This document shows positions 28,173-41,200 of a stretch of 64,000 nucleotides of DNA, one piece after another. The stretch spans positions 25,482,001 to 25,546,000 of the forward strand of contig NC_092351.1 in the NCBI RefSeq assembly GCF_963676685.1. The letters are read 5' to 3'. The position numbers were made by a program, and so were the translations under genes. Under the pieces are notes generated by a model, which was not told the origin of the DNA, searched no databases, and was given only the letters and a program-made list of their open reading frames with translations. Each line of letters opens with the position of its first letter. Position 1 is the stretch's first letter. The DNA is from Mytilus edulis. Lineage: Eukaryota.

Positions 28173-28739
28173 TTCCATTTTCATAGAACATTTATTGCAT
28201 TGCCATTAAAAATGTGGGTTCTATTATTTAGCCATGTGTTCTGACAATACGTTGCATGTTTTTTCCATCGATGTGCATTTTAATTATTACAATCATATTT
28301 GAACAATTTTGATTTATTTATAGGATTTGAAAGGGTATAATACATAAATTCGGCAGCAATTCAACGACAGTTTTAACCCACAAACACCCTAATATCATCA
28401 TACAGTCTTCAATATATTTTCTTGTTAATTCGACCTGTTGATACTGTTTATAATGCTTTTTTGTTATTTTATATTAATATGGAACTTGTCTATATATCAG
28501 CTTTGATTATTTGGAATATCTTTTAATTTTCACTTACTACATTTGTATAAACTTCAAGATTTATCTGTATTATTAAAACTTTTTTTCAAAAGTGATAATT
28601 TTCGACGGGTTAAATATTTTGCAGTGGTGTCTTGCCATGGCTTTGTTTGGACTTGTTTGTTTGCTTTTTGGCCTTGAATGTTTGTCCCTAATATTTTATT
28701 AACTGCATTTACATTCAGATATCGCAGATTAAACTTATT

Positions 28740-29180
28740 CGTTCATAGTTTATTAATTTACGTTTTTTTGATTGAGTTAAGCCTGCCAATTGATATTCTA
28801 TCATGTGTTTTTCTATGTTGTGATGTTATGCTATTGTTTCAGAAAAGGGGAGAAGGTTTGGTACCATTAAACATTTAATCCCGCTGCAAATGTTTGCACC
28901 TGTACGAAGTCAGGAATCTGATGTACAGTAGTTGTCGTTTGTTTATGTAATTTATACGTGTTTCTCGTTTCTCGTTTTTTATGTAGATTAGACCGTTGGT
29001 TTTCCCGTTTGAATGGTTTTACACTAGTAATTTTGGAGCCCTTTATAGCTTGTTGTTCGATGTGAGCCAAGGCTCCGTGTTGAAGGCCGTACATTGACCT
29101 ATAATGGTTTTCTTTTTTAAATTGTTATTTGGATGGAGAGTTGTCTCATTGGCACTCACACCACATCTTCCTATATCTAT
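28740..29180 (-). repeat. Repeat family B subfamily copy
   Basis: Ends ...ttgtctcattggcactcacaccacatcttcctatatctat; matches 45247-45310 and 3010-3265. Confidence 0.75.
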
Positions 29181-30107
29181 TCAACAATACACTGTCCTTA
29201 TATTGTATCAAGCTAAAATAGCACTGTGTCTAAAAAAAATTGACAGAGACCATCGAAAATGTACAATAAATAAACAAATCTCCCAATAAAAAAAACATTA
29301 CGATAGGACCTGTCGAAGTTTGTTGCGCAGAACATGTTGCGAAGCTCAACGAATATTATAAAATATCAATCCTTCCTTAAAGTAGACGAGCGAAAGATAC
29401 ATTACAGGACACATACAAAAATCAGGACAAAAACAAACCCCACAAAACTCTTTCATTACGTTATAATAAATAACAAAATACAAGTAAAAGCATGACAATA
29501 ACAAATAATATCCAAAAAATACCTCATTTACCGAAAGCAAACTCAACCTACTTCACCTACTAAACATATGATAGCTGTTCTATACTTAAACTCGTTCATT
29601 TTACTTCACAGTACTAGTAAATCTTGCAAGCACATAAACATAAACAATACAAGAAAAACGACCCTATATCATGATGAAAAATAAGGAACGAAACATTTTA
29701 GAATTGCTTCAAACAATGAATTAACAAACTGGTATACACTCTTCCAATTGAACAGTAACCATAACATTGTAATCTTTACTCTAACGATTTTGGGGTCAAC
29801 ATGAAAAAAAAAATATACGTCAAATCAAAAACATTTTACATTATAACAACAATCAAAATAATCATTTATTTACATTAATTGGACTACAATAAGTTGTTTT
29901 CAATCAGTAAATAGAAATATCAAAACGAAAGCAGTTTGACCGTATTTTGAGGACCGCATAGTCCAAACAATCCTTACAGACTGGGGCATACTCAAAGTAA
30001 TAGGTTAGAACTATTAAGTTCACGAAGAAGCATAAGATAATGTATCATGTGAGTAGAAACACGATGGCGTCATAGTAGACATGAAATAACCGCAAACATA
30101 TTTACAA

Positions 30108-30650
30108 TATAAAAAAGAAGATATGGTATGATTGCCAATGAGACAAATATCCACAAAAGACCAAAATGACACAGACATTAACAACTATAGGTCACCGTAC
30201 GGCCTTCAACAATGAGCAAAGCCCATACCGCATAGTCAGCTATAATAGGCCCCGATAAGACAATGTAAAATAATTCAAACGAGAAAACTAACGGCCTTAT
30301 ATATGTAAAAAAAATGAACGAAAAACAAATATGTAACACATAAACAAACGACAACCACTGAATTACAGGCTCCTGACTTGGGACAGGCACATACATAAAT
30401 AATGTGGCGGGGTTAAACATGTAAGCGGGATCCCAACCCTCCCCCTAACCTGGGACAGTGGTATAACAGTACAACATAAGAACGAACTATAAAAATCAGT
30501 TGAAAAAGGCTTAACTCATCAGATGGACAAAAATACAAGTGGACGTGGCCGGGTACTTATACATCCCGACACAAAAAGACGCAATGAACAGATCTGAGAG
30601 TACTCGCAGTTATCTGACAACTAGTTCAAAGCCACTTACAACTAATAAGA
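30108..30650 (+). repeat. Interspersed repeat family B (gatgtggtatgattgccaatgagacaac...), long copy
   Basis: Near-identical to the reverse complement of 53021-53558. Other copies at ~1565-1700(-), 3010-3265, 13427-13748, 17103-17290, 26990-27230, 41420-41560(-), 45250-45320. Confidence 0.85.
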
Positions 30651-31699
30651 ATATTTGCTAAATGAAAACATCTATATCATTGTTTGTATGACAATAATCT
30701 TCCTCAAACTCCTTTAACAATGTTATCGATTAATAAAGAATGAAAGAAATGTTATGCAGTGGGCTAAGGATTGATGACTTTTTAATGTCCAGTGACAACG
30801 TTAACTTTTACATGTTTATTGAGGATGTGATATAGTTAGTAAGTTAGTAAGTAATTAGTGTATCATAGAGACTTGTGAATATGTACACACTTACAGAGTT
30901 TGTATAGTGTTAAAAGGATAAACTCGGCCCATTGGATCTATAAGTCGCGTATTTGACTTAAAAATTAACTTTATGCAATATAGTTAACTAAATGTTAATA
31001 TAGTACTTCTCAATTAATTCAAAATTAAAAGAAATGATATAAATTTGGACTCTTTGTACGTATGCATTGTGCAGAGTAGGAACTCAACGTGATTAACGAT
31101 TAAAAAAAGATGTCAATGAGACAACTATCCAGCAGAGACCAAAGGAAATGTAAATTAACAACTTAATCACTTTTTAACAATCTATAATCACATACTCGCA
31201 CACATACATGTTCTTTCTTACTGATGGTTAATACGAATCCTCATCTCTTTTCACAAAATTGATCGTAGTTATAACTTACATTAAATTTACATGACTTGAG
31301 AGTGATTTTACACGAAAGATTTTTTTGTGAAAAGAGATAACAGCAAAAACTTGTCTTGATTGACAGATGTGTTTGTTACTTCAAAACTACCTTTTTAGCA
31401 ATTTTGAAACCGCATTATTTAATGTAGAGAATATCTAATGACTTATTCATAAGAAAAAGGAGCCTATTGAAGCAAGATAGTTAATTGTTATGAATCAGTC
31501 TAAAGAATTAAAATAGGTATGTGTTGCTTCTTTGCTAAGAACATGTGCTTTGTTAGTAAGATTTGTCTATATCCACTGATAGTCACACATTTAAAGACAG
31601 TAAAATTTCTTCATATATATATGCAAACATAGTATTTTCTTTTGTTGTGTCATATCACTGAAGAAAATATACAGTTTAACAGCAAAATTAGATCCATTT

Positions 31700-34600
31700 T
31701 TATTTAAACTGAGCAACCCCTTTGGTCATCATCGGACCATCACTTGTTAGCAGCAATGCCGGCCACACTTCATGTTGTAAGATCGTTCCACTTCTCGTAA
31801 AGAATCTAAAAGTTGTTGTTATATCACCTCGTTTCACATCAACTGGCCATAAAAGGCTCATGGGTGGATCTTGAACGTTCATAAACCACGCTATCTGTAA
31901 ACATTTTTGGCTGTAAGATTTAACACTTGGAATTGTAAGAATATCTCTAATTCGCTCGCGGCGAAGTTGCCATTCAAAATTCTGAAAGCGAAACATACAA
32001 TATAATTACCCGTAGGACATTTTCCGTGCTAGTATCGGATTAAAATGATATGGAATTCCTGTTTTCACGTCTCATATGGTGTGCAAGAAAATGACACAAA
32101 CTTGACCTTTGATTAACACATTAATTAAACTTACTTTTTATCTTTAAGATAATATATATTAACTGTGCTTGTATAACAAGGCGTTACTAATTTTCAGTTG
32201 CAATGGAATATTGTCTTCGCCTTACCATTACTACTACACTCTGTCAAAAACATATGGTCAAATACATACTATTTATTTGTAATCTCTATCTATATCCTTT
32301 GGTATGTTTATATACTTCACCATGCACAGCTAATTTAAACCAGTTTATAGAAAGATTTCCCTCTTTCTTTGCATCTCTAGTAGAAAACGAGAGCATGCTA
32401 GTTCATGTTTCTTGAACATTTCTTTTTTAATCCATATTTTTTTCCAAGAGGCATTACTATTTTGGTAAAACATGCATTTCAATGAAAACAATTACAAACT
32501 ATCGTTTAAGAACTTAACCGAATACCTCATGTAATACTGGCAGGCTCAATTCTGCATTTTCTTTTATACACTGCTTTGCATATCTTGTGAAACGAACCTC
32601 ACAAAGCGGGTCAATATCAACATGTTTATGCTAAAAATCAAATACTAATAATTCAGAAACCTAATAAATATGAAACAAACAAAAACCGAAGATTTTTTCA
32701 CAATTATTGGAATAGAGAAGACAATTCAAGAGCTACAGTCATCTGAATAAAGGTCATAATTTCTTCATAAACAACAATAAAAAATAATAAGAAAAGGCAA
32801 TTTCGTTATAAATTTGAGGTATTTATATAATTATACGAAATTCAAAAGAATTATTAAATTTTGTATCACATAGCACGACGGGTGCCGCATGTGGAGCAGG
32901 ATCTGCTTACCCTTCCGGAGCACCTGAGATCACCCCTAGTTTTTGGTGGGGTTCGTGTTGTTTATTTCTTTAGTTTTCTATGTTGTGTCATGTGTACTAT
33001 TGTTTTTCTGTTTGTCTTTTTCATTTTTAGCCATGGCGTTGTCAGTTTGTTTTAGATTTATGAGTTTGACTGTCCCTTTGGTATCTTTCGTCCCTCTTTT
33101 ATTAATTAAGTCTTAGATTACAAATCAATTTTATTGTTTTCGAAAACGTGTTTTTTAACAAATGACTATAGGTGAACATACATCTACTTTTAGTTAAATT
33201 GAACTAAAATGGCTATCCAACGACTCAATAAGATCGAAAAAGACAGAAAAAGACGAAATGAAAGTAAGAAGTTTTACCTGACTGTCAAGTTCGTTGTTAA
33301 TAAATGAATCACCAGTTGGACTAATCATTAATTCTTTCATGGACATGGCTATTTTACGAGTTTGTTTTTCTGCAGTTTCCTCGGTATATTCAAATGCCTT
33401 CTGTACAAAAACCAGAGTATTTAACTGAAGTTGACATTAACATAAACGACGAATTCAGAAATAATCGGAAAAGTGATATAGAAATATACATACATGAAAA
33501 GCTACTATTGTGCAAATTCCCCTTTTTTACGTTAGGAAGATATTTTGCGATAAATGAATGTAGGATATATTCAATTTAGTTCTAAAACGTTTAACTTACA
33601 GATATTATATCATGAACAAGATACCTTTAAGATGATGGCCATTTCTAAAATGGCTCTTTCTTGACCGTTTATTTCATGCTTGTAAAGTTTTCTCAGATCT
33701 TCAAATGCATCTGTCCATTGGTTGTCATACAAAATGTTGAACTTTTCAGCCACTTTTGTAGGTCTGTTCATATCACTGAGGTCTGTTATATTTGGGTTGT
33801 TGTTCAACCTTGTTTCCATCCTTTGCAAGTCAAAATAAATCAATGAACTTATGATTGAAGAGAGACATGGTCATTTTGCATTAATAAAAAATCAAGAAGA
33901 TGTGTTGAATTGAAAACAATTATTAAATATTCTTTCTGAGATTGATAAAAAAAGATTTTAAAATCACTCCCAAGAACATACAGATACCATGAGCCTTCAA
34001 CAATGGACAACACAAATATTGTACAGTGAGACATAAAAGGTTTCGGTTTTATCATCTTCAATAAGTGGAATAATTCACAAGAGAAAAAATCGACTGGTTC
34101 AAGCTAATTTTTTTAAAACAACGGCATTTAATGACAAGCTCTTGTATTAATCGTATCAGTAAAATCAAATGTGGGGTATACGTCAACAACGACAAAAATA
34201 ATACATTATGGTCTCAACAAAAAATGTTTGTCTTTAATGTGTGCATAGTTTTATAAAGTTTGGTTAATAACTTAAACAGAAAAGAACGATATGTGTCAAT
34301 ATTAAAGATTCAATTCTCTAATTAACGAAACACATAAAGATGTGATATTGGATTACTACTGACGATGTTTTCGATTTGAGACAAGCACATGATAATGTGA
34401 AAACACTAGACACCGGTCAACTTGACATTTTTTAAATATTTCAACTCTTTTTTTCAACCTGAGTCAGTAGCATAACAAAACCTAAAAAAGGACACACAGT
34501 AAAAGAGACACGAGCAATCACAGTCAAGCAAGTTAGGCGACACAAAATAATGACATGTAGAGGTAATGATTTTTATCATGGGTACGAAATGGTAAATGTT

Positions 34601-37600
34601 GGATATGAAATAGTTATTTTGGGTAGGAAATGGCAGAGAAACGAAATGGTTATGGTACGAAATTACTTTCAACCTAACGACACAAATACATCTTAAGATT
34701 CACAGGATGTTTTCAATAATAGATAAGCGATATCTGAAATGTAATGAATAAATTTTACATTACCATCACTGATATGCAAGCAATATCAAATGCACTAGAT
34801 GACAAAAGGCAACCACTTGGGAATATCCTTAGTAATCTTGTTCAGATACATAGCAATTAGTAATGTATTTATTCATTTTTTTATCGATATTATTAAAACA
34901 GATGATAAAAATGCATGCCAATATATAATCATACCTCTCCCTTTCATCCTTTTGACGCCATTCGGTTACTTTACTAATTTCTTTGGGTTTAATGGATGTT
35001 GGTGTCACAGTAGGCGGAGTTTCAAATCCATTAAAACTATGCATATCTGCCTGAAAATAAAATGAAATAACTGTTAGTTATGTGTCCCAAGAAAATATAA
35101 AAAAAAACAATTTATCACAATTATGAGTTACGTAGAATATGAACCACATGCACTCAGCTTGACTAAACCCTTTATTGTTATAAACCATGTCGGGTATGTT
35201 ATAGATGACTCTACAGATAGGTTTTGCCCATAATTGAATGCAAAATGACCTTTAAATAAAGGCAACAGTATTTTACCGCTGTTCACAAGTCATAAATCGA
35301 CCAAGAAAAATCAAATCCGGGTAACAAACTAAAACCAAGGAAAACACATCAATTATTTGATTACATCCACGTAATTTGGACAAGGAATGATCGTTCTCAC
35401 TGGCAAGCATGCCAAATTCCTTACTTGACATTGGTAATAAATATATGTAAATCCGTTCTCTTACGTCGCTAGTATTCTGATATGTTGTTATTCTTTGTAT
35501 GCTTTAAAATAGTGATTTCCCACCGTTTCCTGTGTGTTTAATAAATATGTAAATAACGAATACCCGTCTAATAAAGTTACTTCTTGCTATCAAGAATTCT
35601 TCTAGCGCCTTATTGCTGTATTTATGAATACCGGGAATATCGTTCTTTCTGGCGTTTGTAAGAACTTCAAGTACAGATGGCACCTGAAATGAGTAATGCA
35701 AAGTAAGTCCTGTGATAATTAAATATAAAAACAATTTAAAGAAGAAACATAAATAATATAAGTACAAAAATATGAATTGACTACAAAAGTGGCTGATATC
35801 TAGTTTATAGTAGTATGTCTTTTTTTACAAAATGCTACACAATGTCAAATTTTGTTGTATTGGGTAGATTTTCAGCATTTGCATATTTCAAAGCGATTTA
35901 AAATCATGGTAAATTGACATGATACATGATGTTTGTCTGTTGAAGTACTTCCCGACAACTTTAAACTATTTGTACGTGCTGTGTAGTAAATTTTCCACAT
36001 TTGCCATAAAACTCTATTTTACATTAGTTGTGTGTCGTTTCGATATTTCATCAACCATTCGTATCCATGAAGTCAATAAAACAACTGTTATTGAGTCGAT
36101 AAAAATCAACCTCAGTTTTGTGTACCGGTATTTTTTCAATGTGCAGTATGTAGTTCTATTACCGTTTTTTTTCTTTACACGTTTAAGTATCATTTATTTT
36201 TCGATACTTACATCGTCACAAGTAATTTCTTGGACATTGTCTAGAAGAAAAACAAGTTCGTCCCGAATATTTTTTGCCATTTCTGGTGTTGGCAAACTTG
36301 GCGGATTTGGTCTCTTCAGTTTCTCACATTGTTCTAAGAAATGTTCTAACCGGATAAAAGCTAGATTTATCTGAAAATTTTAATTAAGTCGTAAAAATTT
36401 GATCAAAGAGAGAAACCTACTCATCTCTGAATAAGTATAAAATTCATACGACATATTAAAAGACTATAAATGTGTGTCCACTACACCGGGCAGTACAAGC
36501 TGCTGGGGAATGTCTTAATTGACACGATCACCAAACATGTCTGCATGAGAGGCCTAATTTGTTTGATGCAACATTATATTCATTAAGTGAAACATTCTTA
36601 TTTCCCTTGTCTTTACAAGTAGAAGGAATGTTTAAATTCAAGACAAGAATTGAGAAATAGTTTCACATGTGTATTTACCGTCTAGACATTTATATTCACC
36701 AAAAGGGTTAACAGTAAGTCAAAGCTTGCATGTAAGGTATCATCAAGAATAAAATGAAATACAGAAAACTCTAAAGATTCATTAACAACAATAAAAAGTA
36801 AAATCACAAAAATACTGATCTCAGAGGAAAATCTTATCGGAAAGTTCATTATCACATGGCAAAATCAAATGACAAAACACATCAAAAACGAATGGACAAG
36901 AACTGTCATATTCCTGACTTGGTACAGGCATTTTCAAATGTAGAAAATGGTGGATTAAACCTGGTTTTAAAGCGTTAAACCTCTCACTTTGATGACAGTC
37001 TCATCTAATTCCGTTATATTTACAATGATGCGTAAACTAAACAGACATAATAAATAAAATAGTCAAAATATGGGTACAGCAACAATTTTAAAAGGAACAA
37101 TTTAACAGAACACAAAAACATCTATCTACAAACACATGCATTGATTCGCGTGTCTGACGTCAGAAAATTTTATACGTCACATATATTTGTCGTTCAAGGT
37201 ATATACAAAAAAAAATTAATTTCACATGGGCAATGTTAGCATACAGAGTTAAAAAATCAAAAGTATGTAAGAATTAATTTCAGAAATAGACCGAGATTTA
37301 AAATACTCCAAAAGTTATATAGAATTTATAAGAATCCACAAATAGTTCATTCCACTACGCGATGAAATGAAATGAAACTATGAAACATGTACTTTTGATA
37401 ACCCATGTCTATTATTGAGGGTAAACTGAAGATTTTGCTTTATGAAGTGACCCAATTGTTTTAGTGATATTTATGAGTTTGACTGTCCCTCTGGTATCTT
37501 TCGTCCCTCTTTTAGATAATTCGAATTTATTTTTTAAAATTTATATCTATATCCTTCAAGATATTAGTATAATCATTTAATAACAAGTCAAATCAAATCA

Positions 37601-37709
37601 AATCGTGTAAAATGACGAAACTGATAATGTTTACATTTCCTATTCCTATTGATAGTTATAGTTATCAATAATTTAACAAAATATATTAACATACCTTACG
37701 TCTATCCAT
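31700..37709 (-). CDS. G5: MIEAP-like protein, ~371 aa, 8 coding exons, inverted relative to the cluster
   Basis: Minus-strand exons 37709-37695 (MDRRK), 36370-36212, 35683-35564, 35050-34935, 33820-33625, 33400-33278, 32630-32526, 31981-31700 (1116 nt). Motifs NNPNITDLSDMNRPTKVAEKFNILYDNQWTDAFEDL and KCLQIAWFMNVQDPPMSLLWP...VWPALLLTSDGPMMTKGVAQFK*. Confidence 0.9.
32866..33101 (+). mobile_element. Family A terminal fragment
   Basis: Reverse complement of ~5014-5250 (gcacgacgggtgcc...tttcgtccctctttt). Lies in a G5 intron. Confidence 0.75.
36793..37370 (+). repeat. Interspersed repeat family C (aaaagtaaaatcacaaaaatactgaac...), longest copy
   Basis: Other copies at ~10985-11092(-), 11848-12045, 18758-18940, 20428-20652, 26118-26350(-), 48760-48935(-). 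Confidence 0.8.
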
Positions 37710-38297
37710 TTCCCTCAAAGATTATTGACTCGATTGAAAAAATTGGAACATATCCATATGTTCATTGGTAAAAGTTGTGAACATATAACATTTGTTTCGT
37801 TTGAAAGTATGTCAACCTTGCTTAAATTTATGCTTTATGCAAACAAAATTAACTTATCACCTAAAACAATTAGCTACATGTATAAAGATTCGTTTGTATT
37901 TCATTTCATATATTCACATTTTCAATTCGATAATTAGCCTCCCAATGTGTATACAAGAAAAATACATGTTTTTACTCTAAAATAGTAAATTAGATTATTC
38001 TTTATCTATAAATAGAATTAGTTTGTTTCATCGAATTGTTAAATGATACATTATACATGTACAATCAAATGTTTATTTTTTATTCTTTAAGTAGGAAATT
38101 TAATAACATATCTTATTAAAAAAGTATTGTTCCATATAAGTGATTTGCATAATTCATTGTTTAAATATACAGATAATTGGTTTCACATTTAAATGATTAT
38201 ACTAAACAAGGTTTTCACCTTCAAATGGTAAATAAACGAAAATGTATTACAATTCAAAACAACTTTAGATTTATAGGGAGATAATTACAAATTCATT
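37710..38297. promoter_or_regulatory. Candidate bidirectional promoter between G5 and G6
   Basis: Predicted start codons diverge 588 bp apart; the spacer is very AT-rich and has no recognisable repeats. Confidence 0.45.
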
Positions 38298-41200
38298 ATG
38301 GAAGAAGATACTGTAGAAGATGAAGAAGACAGGAAATTCCAACAGGTACGTATAGTTATGAAAACACCGCAGTTATGAAAACATGGTTGTTTTATTCTGA
38401 TTTTAAACTTATCATCTAGGGATATAAAGGGTGTCGGATGAGATGCCGAACATTAAACTCCTTATATTCAATATTCAATTTAAACTTGTCGAGCATTTAA
38501 TGAAATAAAATTGTGTAATATGACATAAATTATATAACACTTAAAACACTGCTTCCAATTTTTTTTATTTTCCTTTTCAGCATTGCATGTTCTTAATGTC
38601 AGTGACATTTTTTTCATTACTTGCTTACTTATGATTAGTCCTTGGTATGCTATTTGGCACATAAGGCAAGGACAAGTTTCCTCCATTCTTCTCTGTTGTT
38701 TGCTTTTCTGTCCATTGTTCCCCAGGTATATCCTCTTTCCTTATTATTCATTTTCTATAGTGCATCTCCATGTGGTTTTTGGTCTTCCTCTTTTCACTTT
38801 TCCTTTTGGTGTCCATCTAAGTGCCACCTTGGTCATGTCTTCAGATGGTTTGCGTATACCATGACGGAGCCATCTCCATCTCTTTTGTAGCGACAAATTC
38901 TCCATGTCCTTGGTGTTTGTAGTCCAATATAGTTCTTGTTGTTGCGTATTTATTTGGCCAGACTACTTTCATTATCTTCATCAGACACACATGTGTTATG
39001 GAAGCTGACGAATCTTTTTGTATCTTTCTCAGTCATTCTCAAGCACTCTGAGCCATATAGGAGTACAGAGAATACACAACTGTATATAGTCTTAGCTTGG
39101 TTTTCTTTGTAAAGGCTGTTGCTTTCCAGATGTGGCCTAACCTAATTAATGTTGTTTTTTATTATTATTCATTTATTTGCAGCTAGAGGAGGAGTTTTGC
39201 AATTTAGAAACTTTTCTTCGGAAGTGTAAAAAACTTCTTAGATCGAAGATAACATATAAAATGTATCCAACCAAAACAGAAACAGAGGGCGCCATATCAA
39301 GTCTACAAACAATAATTAGTACCGATGAAGAAATAGAAAATGATGTATGTGGACTACATGGTTTCGTACACTNNNNNNNNNNNNNNNNNNNNNNNNNNNN
39401 NNNNNNNNNNNNNNNNNNNNNNNNNNNNNNNNNNNNNNNNNNNNNNNNNNNNNNNNNNNNNNNNNNNNNNNNNNNNNNNNNNNNNNNNNNNNNNNNNNNN
39501 NNNNNNNNNNNNNNNNNNNNNNNNNNNNNNNNNNNNNNNNNNNNNNNNNNNNNNNNNNNNNNNNNNNNNNNNNNNNNNNNNNNNNNNNNNNNNNNNNNNN
39601 NNNNNNNNNNNNNNNNNNNNNNNNNNNNNNNNNNNNNNCGGATGAAAGAACGAAAGAAAGATATTTTTACTTTGTTTCAAGTAATCTGATTATAATCCCA
39701 TGAAGTTAGATACTGAGGAATACTTTAATTATCTTTTTACAGGTTAAACTGGTACCTGAATTTCTGGGATTAGTGCTGAACAGAAAATGGAAACAAGTGA
39801 AGAAAACTGTTTTATCTGTCTGTATGGAGTTAGATGCTGCAGAGTGTAAATATCTTAAAGTATGTCAGTTTATACAAACATTATTTCGCATGTCGATCAT
39901 ATTTTATTCCTTATGTATTAAATAAGAGGTGAAACTAATAAATTTGAATAAATAAAGATGTAATTTGATTGATACACTCTTGGTTAGTTTATGTAATATA
40001 TAAAAATATTATGATATATTCCAGAGAGATACAGTAGAGTCCAAGTTGAACAAACCATCAAGTATAGAGCTTGCGAATTTTGATGTTTGGAAGGAGTCTG
40101 CATTATTACGATTTGGGTGAGAACTTTAATCTTTTTGTCTGATTCAGATTATGTACAGTATACGGTCTTGGCGATACTTACTTTAGTTTGATTCCATAAT
40201 CTGATACACTAGAATATCACATTACGGTTTCACAAATTTGTCTTAACACCTTTAATTGCTACTACAGTATCAGGCTGATCCAATGCATTTCAGGTATTTA
40301 ATCGTACTTTGCAGTCAGGCAATTATAACTGTATCTAATGAAATGTTTTCTTTAGAATGATAAATGAGCGCCTAAAAACTTGTATGATATACATGCACGA
40401 TAAACTTACGTTATTTACTGAAAGTAACTTTGTGAATATTTTCACCACTGCTTTCAGTATAGAACCTGAAGAAGTCTTGAAATACGACACTGAACTTGCG
40501 GAAGAATGCATTGATGAATCTTTACCTACACAAATGGCGAAACAATTTTGTGTTATTTACGACGTTAACTGGTCAGAAGCCTTCATTCAAGCGAAACAAC
40601 ATTTCGTCGACGACAAGGAAGACGAAGAAATAATAAAAGATATAGCAACACTAACACAGGTATAAATAAATCAAATTTACCAGAAATAAATTATTTTTTA
40701 CACTACTGGTTAATGCAAATATTAATCTTGTTATGTTTTTTTCCATGAATTTTTTCTCCTTTTTGCTTACAATTTTCCTTATACACATTATGAAATATCT
40801 TTCATGTCTGAATCTTATAATTTAAAGGGAACACACAAGATAATAGCCAAGTGGACTTAAATTAAATGGAAAATTACTTTTGTCCAAAATTTTTCCTATC
40901 AATTTTAATATTGCCAGTAAAACGACTTTGTAAACGAACCAAATTATAAAAATGTAAGATAATATACATTGTGTCAACATAATATGTAATCCTACCTTTA
41001 CAATATCTCTTTTTTGCAGCTTGTATTTGACTATTTTAAGATTAAGGTAACGAATCAGGTAAAACAAATGACAACTGTCATGACAAAAATAGTCACAGAA
41101 CCAATCATCGTCAAGCAGAAGTCCAGTAGAACACCTGCATCTGTAAGTTGTAGTTGGTATGTTATTATTTCTGCATATGACGTAGGTAGCAAAACATATA

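Noticed and set aside
35919-36374. 151-aa plus-strand ORF and many other hydrophobic 60-120 aa ORFs
   Set aside because: Antisense shadow of G5 exon 2, or chance ORFs in AT-rich intron and repeat DNA.
39177-39703. Long ORFs containing X runs
   Set aside because: Artefacts of the N gap; only 39183-39344 is a real exon.
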